From the NCBI GenBank assembly GCA_006226965.1, contig SBGQ01000167.1, forward strand, positions 21,484 to 85,483: DNA of 64,000 nt, read 5' to 3'. The notes beneath the pieces were generated by a model. That model was not told where the DNA came from and made no database searches. It saw nothing but the letters and a program-made list of their open reading frames with translations. The translations under genes were made by a program, and so were the position numbers. Each line of letters begins with the position of its first letter. The first letter of the stretch is position 1. Positions 1 through 7,933 of the stretch are shown here, in pieces. Source of the stretch: a bacterium. Lineage in GTDB: Bacteria; Bacteroidota; Rhodothermia; Balneolales; M1805.

Positions 1-260
1 AAACTGTGCACATCTTCATCGTCATCAGATAAAGCTAAATTTTCCTGATTTTCCCATAAACGAATAAGCTCTGCGCGAAGCTGTTTATGTTCATCGTCGG
101 TTATTAACTGATTAAATCGCAAAATTTGGGTATGAGCTAAGTTGCTTAAAATCTCATAAGGAATTAATTGTTGATCGAATGTGCGGTCGACCGTTGTCGT
201 AAAATTCCAAAACCAGGTAGCCGTTTGGTCGTCTGTGCTTTTTTGCCAAATTGTTTTCAT
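1..260 (-). CDS. argH: argininosuccinate lyase, N-terminal 86 codons only (gene runs off the left edge)
   Basis: Not in the ORF track because there is no stop in the window. Reverse-strand ATG at 258-260. My translation is MKTIWQKSTDDQTATWFWNFTTTVDRTFDQQLIPYEILSNLAHTQILRFNQLITDDEHKQLRAELIRLWENQENLALSDDDEDVHS, which fits the ArgH N-terminal pattern (W near the start, SxxAH, EDxHS). It is the last gene of the arg operon. Confidence 0.7.
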   Translation of the reverse strand, partial: MKTIWQKSTDDQTATWFWNFTTTVDRTFDQQLIPYEILSNLAHTQILRFNQLITDDEHKQLRAELIRLWENQENLALSDDDEDVHS

Positions 261-314
261 GAAGAACGATTTAGTATGTAAGATGAAGGAAAGGTAATTA
301 GAAAAGGTGAATCT

Positions 315-1370
315 TTAACTCTGACTCATAATCTGAAAATAGACATCAATCCCATTTTCTAATTGCTCAATTTCGATGGATTCGTTTGCTGTATGCGATT
401 GTTCACTGTGTCCGGGACCTAATTTAATTGTCGGTATTTCACCTAAAAAAGCCCAATCTGAACAGGTTGGAGAACCGAAGAAATCTTTTGCCGTAACAGT
501 GTGACATAATTTGGCAATATTGCTATTGGCCTGAGTTGAAACAGCTTTAAAACGGTCGCTTCGAACACGAATTTCAACTTCAGGTAATAGCGTTGTGAGT
601 TGATTTAAGATATTTGTGCTACTTACATCAGGAATGGTTCGAATATCAACAATAATGGTAATCTCTTCCGGTGCCATATTGTTTGCTGTGCCGCCGGTAA
701 TTCGAGTTGGTGTGATCTTCGTTTTCCCGAGCCAAGGATTTTCAGTTTCGATTTCAAATAATTCCAATTTCTTTAAAACATCAGGAAGTTTAAAAAGAAG
801 ATTGTCGGTTTTGGAAATTCTGGCAGCATGGCCTGATTTGCCCTTCATCACCAATTCAAGAAGCAAAATTCCTTTTTGCGCTAAACAAGGTTGAAGGCTG
901 GTTGGCTCACCTACAATTGCTGATTCAACAGAATCAAAATAACCTTGTGATTTTAATAATTGAACACCGTTATAGTTTCCATAGGCTTCTTCACAAGCTG
1001 TAAAGGCAAATAATAGCCTATGTTGGGGTTTTATTTTTTGTTCTGAAATCTTTTTTAAGGCTTGCACCATGGCTGTTAAAGAACCTTTTGCATCGGTACT
1101 TCCGCGCCCAAAAACTTTACCTTCACTAACAAAGGGCTCGAATGCCGGGTACTCATGGTTGGGTGAAGAAGGTACAACATCCAAGTGCGTATTAAACAGA
1201 ATGGCTGACTTGCCTTCGCCGTACGATGCAAGCAGATTATCATCTATTCGTTGCACCGATACGTTTGGAATTGATTTAAGCTCAAGCTCTAACCAATCGG
1301 CGATTTCTTTTTCTTTTGTGCTTAAACTTTCAAATGAAATAAGTTTTTTCAGAAAATCTATAGCCGTCAT
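315..1370 (-). CDS. argE: M20-family deacylase (acetylornithine / N-acyl-citrulline deacylase, ArgE-like)
   Basis: 351 aa with M20 metal-site motifs HLDVVP, GRGSTDAKG and ACEEA. Its start overlaps the argB stop by 1 nt (TAATG). Arg operon context. Confidence 0.8.
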   Translation of the reverse strand: MTAIDFLKKLISFESLSTKEKEIADWLELELKSIPNVSVQRIDDNLLASYGEGKSAILFNTHLDVVPSSPNHEYPAFEPFVSEGKVFGRGSTDAKGSLTAMVQALKKISEQKIKPQHRLLFAFTACEEAYGNYNGVQLLKSQGYFDSVESAIVGEPTSLQPCLAQKGILLLELVMKGKSGHAARISKTDNLLFKLPDVLKKLELFEIETENPWLGKTKITPTRITGGTANNMAPEEITIIVDIRTIPDVSSTNILNQLTTLLPEVEIRVRSDRFKAVSTQANSNIAKLCHTVTAKDFFGSPTCSDWAFLGEIPTIKLGPGHSEQSHTANESIEIEQLENGIDVYFQIMSQS

Positions 1371-2143
1371 TACGCTTTAATTTCAGTGAATGTATGGTTG
1401 ATGATACCGTTTAAGGTTCCGATTTGAACTATTATACCTGCTTTTGCTAAATCCATGGCTTGTTCCAATTTCACAATCATTCCGTCTGTAATCCAACTGT
1501 TTTTAATCCCGGATTCAATTTCTTTGAGGGAAAGTGAAGAGACAAAAGTGCCCGATTCGTTTTTCACGCCGGCTAATTCAGAAATCATGACAACTATTTT
1601 TGCATCAACAGCAAGTGCAACGGCAGATGTAATGGTGTCTGCGTTTACGTTTAAAAAACCGTCAACTGCTGAATACCCTAAGCAAGAAAAAACAGGAATC
1701 GTAAATTCAGCAAGCTTTTTTAGTTTATCGGAATCGATAGTTGATAAATCGCCAACAAATCCGAAATCTATCATTTCGCCATCAAAAGACTTTGGCGGAC
1801 GTTTAGTGAAGGTTAAAAGTTGTGCGTCGCCCGTTGTCACACCAAGAGCACTAATGTTATTTGCCAAGAGTAGACCCGTAATTCTTCTGTTTAGATTACC
1901 ATGAACGAGTTCAAGCATGATGTCTCGAATTTCAGCTGAGGTAATTCTTCTGCCTTTAATTTTTTGAACGGGGATGTTTCTTTCAGAACAGGCTAAATCG
2001 ACTTGTTTTCCGGCGCCGTGAACAATGATTGGGGTAAACCCGTTTTTGATGTATTGATTCACAAAAACGGGTAATTGTGACATGAGTTCGTCTTGCTCAA
2101 GAACACTGCCGCTTAGTTTAATTACAACGAATGATTGTTGCAT
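1370..2143 (-). CDS. argB: acetylglutamate kinase
   Basis: Amino-acid kinase family (VVIKLSGSVL, IIVHGAGKQV). I chose the ATG at 2143, which overlaps the argF' stop by 1 nt. The track start at 2158 is a TTG 5 codons upstream. Confidence 0.9.
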   Translation of the reverse strand: MQQSFVVIKLSGSVLEQDELMSQLPVFVNQYIKNGFTPIIVHGAGKQVDLACSERNIPVQKIKGRRITSAEIRDIMLELVHGNLNRRITGLLLANNISALGVTTGDAQLLTFTKRPPKSFDGEMIDFGFVGDLSTIDSDKLKKLAEFTIPVFSCLGYSAVDGFLNVNADTITSAVALAVDAKIVVMISELAGVKNESGTFVSSLSLKEIESGIKNSWITDGMIVKLEQAMDLAKAGIIVQIGTLNGIINHTFTEIKA

Positions 2144-3144
2144 TAAATTAAATCCCAAATGTGCATGAGTAAAGCTTTCTGAGCATGCATTCTGTTTTCA
2201 GCTTGTTGATAAATTACTGAACGAGAATGATTTAGAGCTTCATCGCTAGCAACAACGTTTCTTCTTACGGGAAGACAGTGCATTAATCGGGCATCCGGTG
2301 AAGATTCTAAATGGTGCTGATGTACAGTCCAGTCCATGTGCTGATGGCGTAATTCCTGATCTTTGTGCGGATTATCAGGATGATAGATAGAATGCCAAGA
2401 TTTCACATAAATCACATGAGCATCTTCGGCAATTTCATCTTTATAGGAGAATGAGCCGTCAAACTCTTGTGCTAAGTGACGAAAATAACGGTCGTAGTTT
2501 TGTGAAAAACGGAATTCTTCAGGACAGACAACTTCTACTTTTTGTCCGCTTCTGAGCGCCATATCAACAAAAGATTGAGGAACTGCTCTTGGAAGTGGTT
2601 TTGGATGAGAAGCCCAGCGTAAAACTACTTTACGTTTTTCAACATTGGGGTGAACTTCTTCCCAAGTTAATCTGTCTGCCAAACTTTGGCAAGGATGTGA
2701 AACTGAGCTTTCAAGGTTAATGAGCGGTACTTTTGAAAATTTTAAAGCTTCATTAAAAAACACATCCTGAAAAGCTTGGTCTTGTTGGTTTCCAAACCCA
2801 AATCTTCGAATACCGATAGCATCAGCGTAAGAGCCTAGTACTTGCATAACATCCATGATATGCTCTTGCGCTAAGCCATCCATCAATGCTCCGGGAAGAT
2901 GTTCGATATGCCATGTATTTACACCCGATTGCATTACAGAAACATTGGCACCTAATTGCCATGCTGCGGTTTGAAATGAAACTTGTGTTCTGAGTGATGG
3001 ATCAAAAAATAAAAGAGCTAAGGTTTTTCCTTTTGCCGCAGAAAGTTGTTTGTTCTCGGCGGCTTTTAATTCTTTCGCCGTATCGATGATTTGTGTGAGC
3101 TTTTCGCTTGAAATGTCCGACAGATTAATAAAATGTTTCATCAT
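2143..3144 (-). CDS. argF: N-acetyl- or N-succinyl-ornithine carbamoyltransferase (ArgF' type)
   Basis: 333 aa with transcarbamylase motifs DPSLRTQVSF, SHPCQ and HCLPVRRN. The last is the variant I associate with acyl-ornithine rather than ornithine transcarbamylases. Confidence 0.8.
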   Translation of the reverse strand: MMKHFINLSDISSEKLTQIIDTAKELKAAENKQLSAAKGKTLALLFFDPSLRTQVSFQTAAWQLGANVSVMQSGVNTWHIEHLPGALMDGLAQEHIMDVMQVLGSYADAIGIRRFGFGNQQDQAFQDVFFNEALKFSKVPLINLESSVSHPCQSLADRLTWEEVHPNVEKRKVVLRWASHPKPLPRAVPQSFVDMALRSGQKVEVVCPEEFRFSQNYDRYFRHLAQEFDGSFSYKDEIAEDAHVIYVKSWHSIYHPDNPHKDQELRHQHMDWTVHQHHLESSPDARLMHCLPVRRNVVASDEALNHSRSVIYQQAENRMHAQKALLMHIWDLI

Positions 3145-3181
3145 TTAACTATCTAAAATGAATAAGCGCCAAGTATTGGCA

Positions 3182-4342
3182 TTAATGTGATTTATTGGAT
3201 AGCAGAATTTCAAGTGTATCGAAAAACTGCTTAAAAATTTCAATTGGAGTATTTATTGGCGGCATGAGTCGCATAATTGATGCAACATTTGATGAGCCGG
3301 TAATAAATCCTTTTTCTAACAATTGTGCACGAATATCCTTGGTATCGAACGGTAGTTCAAGTCCGATTAAACATCCTTTACCATGAATTTTGATATTCAG
3401 TGCTTCACTTCTTTGGGATGCATAAGCAAATAACTCTGTTGCATGAGTCATCAAATCACCCGAAACAATTTCTTCTAATGTGGCTTTATGTGCAGCCATT
3501 GCAACCATCCCGCCGCCAAAAGTTGTTCCCAAGTCTCCTTGTTTGATATGTGTCGCAATGGATTCAGGGGTTATAAGAGCTCCAATAGGAATGCCGGATG
3601 CCAAACTTTTTGCCATAGTAATAACATCAGGATAAACACCGACTCCTTCAGAATACGAAAATGTCCCTGTTCTGCCTACGCCCGTTTGGACTTCATCGAA
3701 AATGAGTAAAGCATTATTGGAATCGCATAAATCACGTAAGAAAATCAGACTTTCTTGTGGAATAACATACATGCCATTCATGGATTGAATGGGTTCTAAT
3801 ATCACAGCTCCAATCGGAAACTCAGCGAACAAAGCGGAAATGGATTCGAAATCGTTAGCATCGGCAAAGTGAACAGTCGGGCGTTCTGATGTTAACGTTT
3901 TGTGCATCTTTGCAGAATCAGTTGCTGAGATACTTGCTAATGTTCTTCCGTGAAAACTTCCTTTAATCGCAATGATGTGATGTTTTCCGGTAACTTGCCA
4001 AGCAATTTTAATCGCATTTTCATTGGCTTCGGTTCCCGAGTTGCAATAAAAAACTTTTGATTTTGGAAAAGGTGAGAGCGAAGAGAGTAAACTAGCCGCT
4101 TCTTCTCTAATAGTTGAATGAACAACATTCGAGTAAAAAATTAATTTTGATGCTTGGTCGGATATTGCTTTTGTAACAGATTCAGGTGAATGTCCTAAAA
4201 TGGTAACGCAATGTCCGCCATATAAATCGATGTATTCTTTACCGGATTCATCATAAAGAAAAACGCCTTTTCCGTGGTCGGCACGAATCGGAAAACGAGC
4301 GTATGTTTCAATTTCGGGGTTAAAAGTAGATTCGGTTGACAT
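3182..4342 (-). CDS. argD: acetylornithine aminotransferase (class III PLP aminotransferase)
   Basis: 386 aa with CNSGTEANE, FDEVQTGVGRTG and a PLP-lysine context TMAKSLASG. Operon context. Confidence 0.85.
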   Translation of the reverse strand: MSTESTFNPEIETYARFPIRADHGKGVFLYDESGKEYIDLYGGHCVTILGHSPESVTKAISDQASKLIFYSNVVHSTIREEAASLLSSLSPFPKSKVFYCNSGTEANENAIKIAWQVTGKHHIIAIKGSFHGRTLASISATDSAKMHKTLTSERPTVHFADANDFESISALFAEFPIGAVILEPIQSMNGMYVIPQESLIFLRDLCDSNNALLIFDEVQTGVGRTGTFSYSEGVGVYPDVITMAKSLASGIPIGALITPESIATHIKQGDLGTTFGGGMVAMAAHKATLEEIVSGDLMTHATELFAYASQRSEALNIKIHGKGCLIGLELPFDTKDIRAQLLEKGFITGSSNVASIMRLMPPINTPIEIFKQFFDTLEILLSNKSH

Positions 4343-4371
4343 GTATTTCAGAGGTTCGTCTGTCAGTTTAT

Positions 4372-5340
4372 TTAAAATATATATCCCGGAAACATCAATC
4401 CGGTGGTCTCATCGAGCCCTAAAGCCAGATTCATGTTTTGGATGGCCTGACCTGATGCGCCTTTTACTAAGTTATCGATAGCAACTCCAATTACAGTTTG
4501 AGCGCCTTTTTGAACGACACCAATTTCTGTGAAATTACTTCCGGTTACTTGTTTTAGTTCAGGTAAAGCACCTTCAGTTAATCGAACAAATGGTTTGTTG
4601 TAATACGTTTCTTCAAACCATGAAAATAAATTGGGTTTTAAAGCAGTGAAACTGATAGTAGCCCAGATTCCACGAGTGAATGGACCGGATACAGGCGTAA
4701 ATTGTAAACTCAAATCAGTATTAAATAGCTTTTTAGAGCTGGTTTTTATCTCTTTTTCATGCTGATGCTCGAGTACTTTATAGGCTTTCACATTTGAGTA
4801 TCGTTCAGAAAATTGAACACCCGGTTTTAAACCAGCACCTGATCCTGTTGATCCTGTTAGCGCTGTAATGTGAAATAAGGCATTTACTCCATTTTCAAGC
4901 ACAGGGAAAAGTGCCAGTTGAATGGCTGTGGCGAAACAACCCGGATTGGCAATCTTTTTTGCTTTTTTGATGTCGGCTGTAAACCACTCTGCCAAACCAT
5001 AAGTGAAGCCGTCTTTCCAGCGGAAATCGGTACTCAGATCAATGAGTAAACCTTTGAATCCGTTTTTTTCAAGTTGATTTACAATGGGTTCGGCAGCACC
5101 GTGCGCAACGGCAAGAAATAAAACATCTAAGTCAGTTTCAAAGATTGCAGAAACAGGTAAGATTTTATTTTCAAATCGTTCGGTTAAAAGCCCGGGGTAC
5201 AATTCATCGATATATTTTCCGGCAGATTCATTTCCAAATAAAAAAACCTGTCCGCAATTTGGGTGAACATGCAATAATCGGATTAATTCAACACCTGTAT
5301 AACCGCTTGCGCCAACTATGCCAATCTTTAAAGAACTCAT
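4372..5340 (-). CDS. argC: N-acetyl-gamma-glutamyl-phosphate reductase
   Basis: 322 aa with GASGYTG NAD(P) motif and catalytic-Cys motif NPGCFAT. Its ATG overlaps the stop of the upstream gene (ATGA). Confidence 0.9.
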   Translation of the reverse strand: MSSLKIGIVGASGYTGVELIRLLHVHPNCGQVFLFGNESAGKYIDELYPGLLTERFENKILPVSAIFETDLDVLFLAVAHGAAEPIVNQLEKNGFKGLLIDLSTDFRWKDGFTYGLAEWFTADIKKAKKIANPGCFATAIQLALFPVLENGVNALFHITALTGSTGSGAGLKPGVQFSERYSNVKAYKVLEHQHEKEIKTSSKKLFNTDLSLQFTPVSGPFTRGIWATISFTALKPNLFSWFEETYYNKPFVRLTEGALPELKQVTGSNFTEIGVVQKGAQTVIGVAIDNLVKGASGQAIQNMNLALGLDETTGLMFPGYIF

Positions 5341-6374
5341 GCTGTTTTTGCTCCCAATTCATCGAGAACGAGTTTTCCAAGTGTTTCGGGTTCAGTCATT
5401 GCATTGGCAGCTTTAATGCCGATTGTATTTTGGATGTAACGAGTACCGACAATATTGTCAGTAACCGGACCTGTAATGATATGAACAGGCAAATGAAATC
5501 TGTTTTTGAATAAATGGTCTAAAGCCCAACAACCGGTAAGGTCTTGTGCAGCAGAAACATTCACCGTAATAAACTGATTTAAATTTTTATCAGCCAAAAG
5601 TGTATCTACACCATAACCACCGATTACGCCATCTCCGAATTCAACTACTATAACATCAGGTTTTAATTGATTAAGGTGTTTGATAATCCCTTTTGCCATC
5701 GGAAGGATATTGGCTCCCGTAGTTGAAATCATACCAGCTTCAGTAAACGTAGCGATGTATTTTGCACCGTTTTTCTTCATGGATTTGGTATCTCTCAATA
5801 AAGATGCACCGGTTAATTTAGCAGCGCCTACGGTATAACCAGCTTCAACCAAAGCTTTTGTTATTACTGATGCGGCATATGTTTTACCAACGTTCATACA
5901 AGTTCCGGAAACGGCAACAATCGGTACGGACTCTTCTAAATACTCAACCCATTCAATTCCATAATCACTGATTGTTGCATGTTTGTAAATATCTTCATGC
6001 TCATTCTTCACTAAAACGGCACCTAAGATTTCTACATTACAAGCAGGTCCATAAGATGGATAATCAGACTGACTTTGGCCGATAATTCCGCCCATATTGA
6101 GGATTTGCAAAGTATCACCTTTAGTGATTTTACGCGGAACTTTACCGGAATAGCCTCTAAGCGCCTGGCGCTCACCCAATGTTCCGATAATAACCTGACC
6201 AGCTTTGTATGTATGAAACTCAGCTTGAGTGTCTTCTAATTGGTTATAAACTTCTTTATTGTCGAGGATTTTACAAGCCACTAAATAACCATCTCTGGCT
6301 ATAATATTTGGGCTTATAGCTATCTGTGCGCCTAAATTGACGTTGATAGTTGAAGATGTAATCAAATCTGGCAT
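5337..6374 (-). CDS. uncharacterised arg-operon protein with a BioD/CobQ/DUF1611-like P-loop domain
   Basis: The track ORF is 5337..6521, but its first 49 codons overlap the argG 3' end in another frame and are low-complexity. I therefore prefer the Met at 6374 (345 aa, 52 nt after the argG stop). Motif VSGTCMNVGKTYAASVITKALVEAGYTV has the GTxxxVGKT spacing of dethiobiotin-synthase/CobQ/DUF1611-type NTPases. The N-terminal ~160 aa is not recognisable to me. Confidence 0.6.
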   Translation of the reverse strand: MPDLITSSTINVNLGAQIAISPNIIARDGYLVACKILDNKEVYNQLEDTQAEFHTYKAGQVIIGTLGERQALRGYSGKVPRKITKGDTLQILNMGGIIGQSQSDYPSYGPACNVEILGAVLVKNEHEDIYKHATISDYGIEWVEYLEESVPIVAVSGTCMNVGKTYAASVITKALVEAGYTVGAAKLTGASLLRDTKSMKKNGAKYIATFTEAGMISTTGANILPMAKGIIKHLNQLKPDVIVVEFGDGVIGGYGVDTLLADKNLNQFITVNVSAAQDLTGCWALDHLFKNRFHLPVHIITGPVTDNIVGTRYIQNTIGIKAANAMTEPETLGKLVLDELGAKTA

Positions 6375-6426
6375 AATGAAATGGAACTCTTCATTGTTTT
6401 GGGATGATGCCGGTGCGCTAAAACCG

Positions 6427-7626
6427 CTAGTTTTGTGATTGGTATTGTTGTGTGGAAATACCAATGATCTTGCTGAAGGACGCGGCTTCGTTTCCGCTCC
6501 AGAGTTGTGATTGTTCGCCATACTGATAGGCTCCTCTGTTTAGGGTTGAGTTGGTTGATTGAATAGAAGTTGGGTACATATTGCCTCTGTATGCATAAAT
6601 GGTAACTGTTCCATGCACACGTTCTTGAGTTTTATCAAGAAAAGCCTGAATTGCTTTAACCGCTGGGTCAAAATAGAGAGCTTCATGCCATAAAATGCCT
6701 AGTTGGTCAGCTAATTGATCTTTTAATAATCGTTCATGTTTGCTAAGAATTACTTTTTCTAATTCGCGATGTGCAGCATATAAAATCGCAGCAACAGGAG
6801 CTTCAAACCCGATTCTTCCTTTAAAACCAAGAATGGTATCGCCTGTATGAACCCCTCTGCCAATACCGTGTTTTTCGCCGAAGGTTTTAACAGCATGAAG
6901 TAAGTCAAACGGATTAGAATATTCATTGCCGTTAATCGAAATAGGTAAACCGTTCACAAAAGAAATCGAAAGGGTTTCCGGTTCGTCAGTCATTTCATGT
7001 GGTGCAGGAAGATGCGGATAAGCTTCAAACGGCAGAGTATTATCGCCTTTTACAGTATTACCGCCGCCTACTGTAACACCCCAAATGCCTTCGTTTATCG
7101 AATAAACAGAAGATTTCGAGAAGTTTAAGCCAAAGTCTTTTTCAAGAGTATTTGCCATAAATTCACGTTGAAAACTGTGTTCTCTGATTGGCGTTAATAT
7201 TGATAATTGCGGAGCAAGTGCACGTATAGCAGCGTCGAAACGGATTTGGTCGTTTCCGGCGCCGGTTGAACCGTGTGCAACAGCATCACAACCAAGTTTT
7301 GCAGCTAATTCAGCAACTTTTTTGGCTTGAATAAAACGTTCAGAACCGACTGACAAGGGGTAGGTTCTGTCTCTTAAAACATTTCCTTTGATTAAATAAG
7401 CAAGAACATCGCTAAATAATTCTTGAGTAGCATCAATAATATGGCACTCACTGGCACCTAAAAGAATAGCACGTTCTTTTAATACTTCAATTTGATCGGC
7501 TTTCAAACCGGTACAATCTACGTTTACGGCAATAACTTCAGCACCGTAAGTTTTTTTGATGAAAGGGATACAAAAACTAGTATCTAATCCACCACTATAG
7601 GCAATAGCAACTTTTTTGGGGTTCAT
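6427..7626 (-). CDS. argG: argininosuccinate synthase
   Basis: 399 aa with AYSGGLDTS ATP-PPase motif and HGSTGAGNDQIRF. First enzyme gene of the operon. Confidence 0.95.
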   Translation of the reverse strand: MNPKKVAIAYSGGLDTSFCIPFIKKTYGAEVIAVNVDCTGLKADQIEVLKERAILLGASECHIIDATQELFSDVLAYLIKGNVLRDRTYPLSVGSERFIQAKKVAELAAKLGCDAVAHGSTGAGNDQIRFDAAIRALAPQLSILTPIREHSFQREFMANTLEKDFGLNFSKSSVYSINEGIWGVTVGGGNTVKGDNTLPFEAYPHLPAPHEMTDEPETLSISFVNGLPISINGNEYSNPFDLLHAVKTFGEKHGIGRGVHTGDTILGFKGRIGFEAPVAAILYAAHRELEKVILSKHERLLKDQLADQLGILWHEALYFDPAVKAIQAFLDKTQERVHGTVTIYAYRGNMYPTSIQSTNSTLNRGAYQYGEQSQLWSGNEAASFSKIIGISTQQYQSQN

Positions 7627-7654
7627 GGTTTTCTTAAAATTTCAAATTAGTGCC

Positions 7655-7693
7655 AAAAAAAAAGGCAGGACTCATTGAAGAATCCTGCCTTTT
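7655..7693 (-). terminator. intrinsic terminator inside the arg operon leader (attenuator terminator)
   Basis: On the minus-strand RNA the stem is GGCAGGA (7689-7683) paired with UCCUGCC (7670-7664), with a 12-nt loop. Nine U follow (7663-7655). The structure ends 28 nt before the argG ATG. Confidence 0.65.
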
Positions 7694-7717
7694 CAGGTTG
7701 AATGAATTAACCTTAAC

Positions 7718-7801
7718 TCATCTACATGATTCTTCTAATGCAGTTGCCCAACGGCGACGGCGCACTAAAACTGAACCAGCTATAAGAGTGTTGTTTTTCA
7801 T
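7718..7801 (-). CDS. arginine-rich leader peptide, 27 aa: MKNNTLIAGSVLVRRRRWATALEESCR
   Basis: Below the track size cutoff. ATG at 7801-7799, TGA at 7720-7718. Codons 14-17 are CGC CGT CGC CGT (plus-strand 7751-7762). It sits between a candidate promoter and the terminator upstream of argG. Confidence 0.6.
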   Translation of the reverse strand: MKNNTLIAGSVLVRRRRWATALEESCR

Positions 7802-7808
7802 TATACCA

Positions 7809-7837
7809 AGTATTTGATTTTTTGAAATAAAATGCAA
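7809..7837 (-). promoter_or_regulatory. candidate promoter of the arg leader, overlapped by an ARG-box-like palindrome
   Basis: Minus strand reads TTGCAT (7837-7832), a 17-nt spacer, then AATACT (7814-7809). On the plus strand, TGAAATAAAATGCA (7823-7836) matches 11 of 14 positions of the E. coli ARG-box consensus TGAATAAAAATTCA as I remember it. Both matches are weak. Confidence 0.25.
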
Positions 7838-7856
7838 GTGTCTGTTAAATAAAATT

Positions 7857-7886
7857 TTGATGATTAAACAATTAAGCTAATATTAT
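7857..7886 (+). promoter_or_regulatory. candidate sigma70-like promoter for the solute-binding protein gene
   Basis: TTGATG (7857-7862), an 18-nt spacer, then TATTAT (7881-7886), 48 nt before the ATG at 7934. Confidence 0.35.
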
Positions 7887-7933
7887 GTCGTATTTTGTAA
7901 CTCGTTTATTTAGCTAATCTTAGATAGTTCATT

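Noticed and set aside
6375-6521. N-terminal extension of the arg-operon P-loop protein, from the ATG at 6521.
   Set aside because: It overlaps 95 nt of the argG 3' coding region in another frame and is low-complexity (NNHN, PRPSARS). The internal ATG at 6374 gives a normal 52-nt intergenic gap. Similar over-long track starts were trimmed at 2158, 9825, 10447, 33490, 34707, 36520, 36986, 40207 and 58927. Several of these are TTG or GTG codons, or run through terminators.
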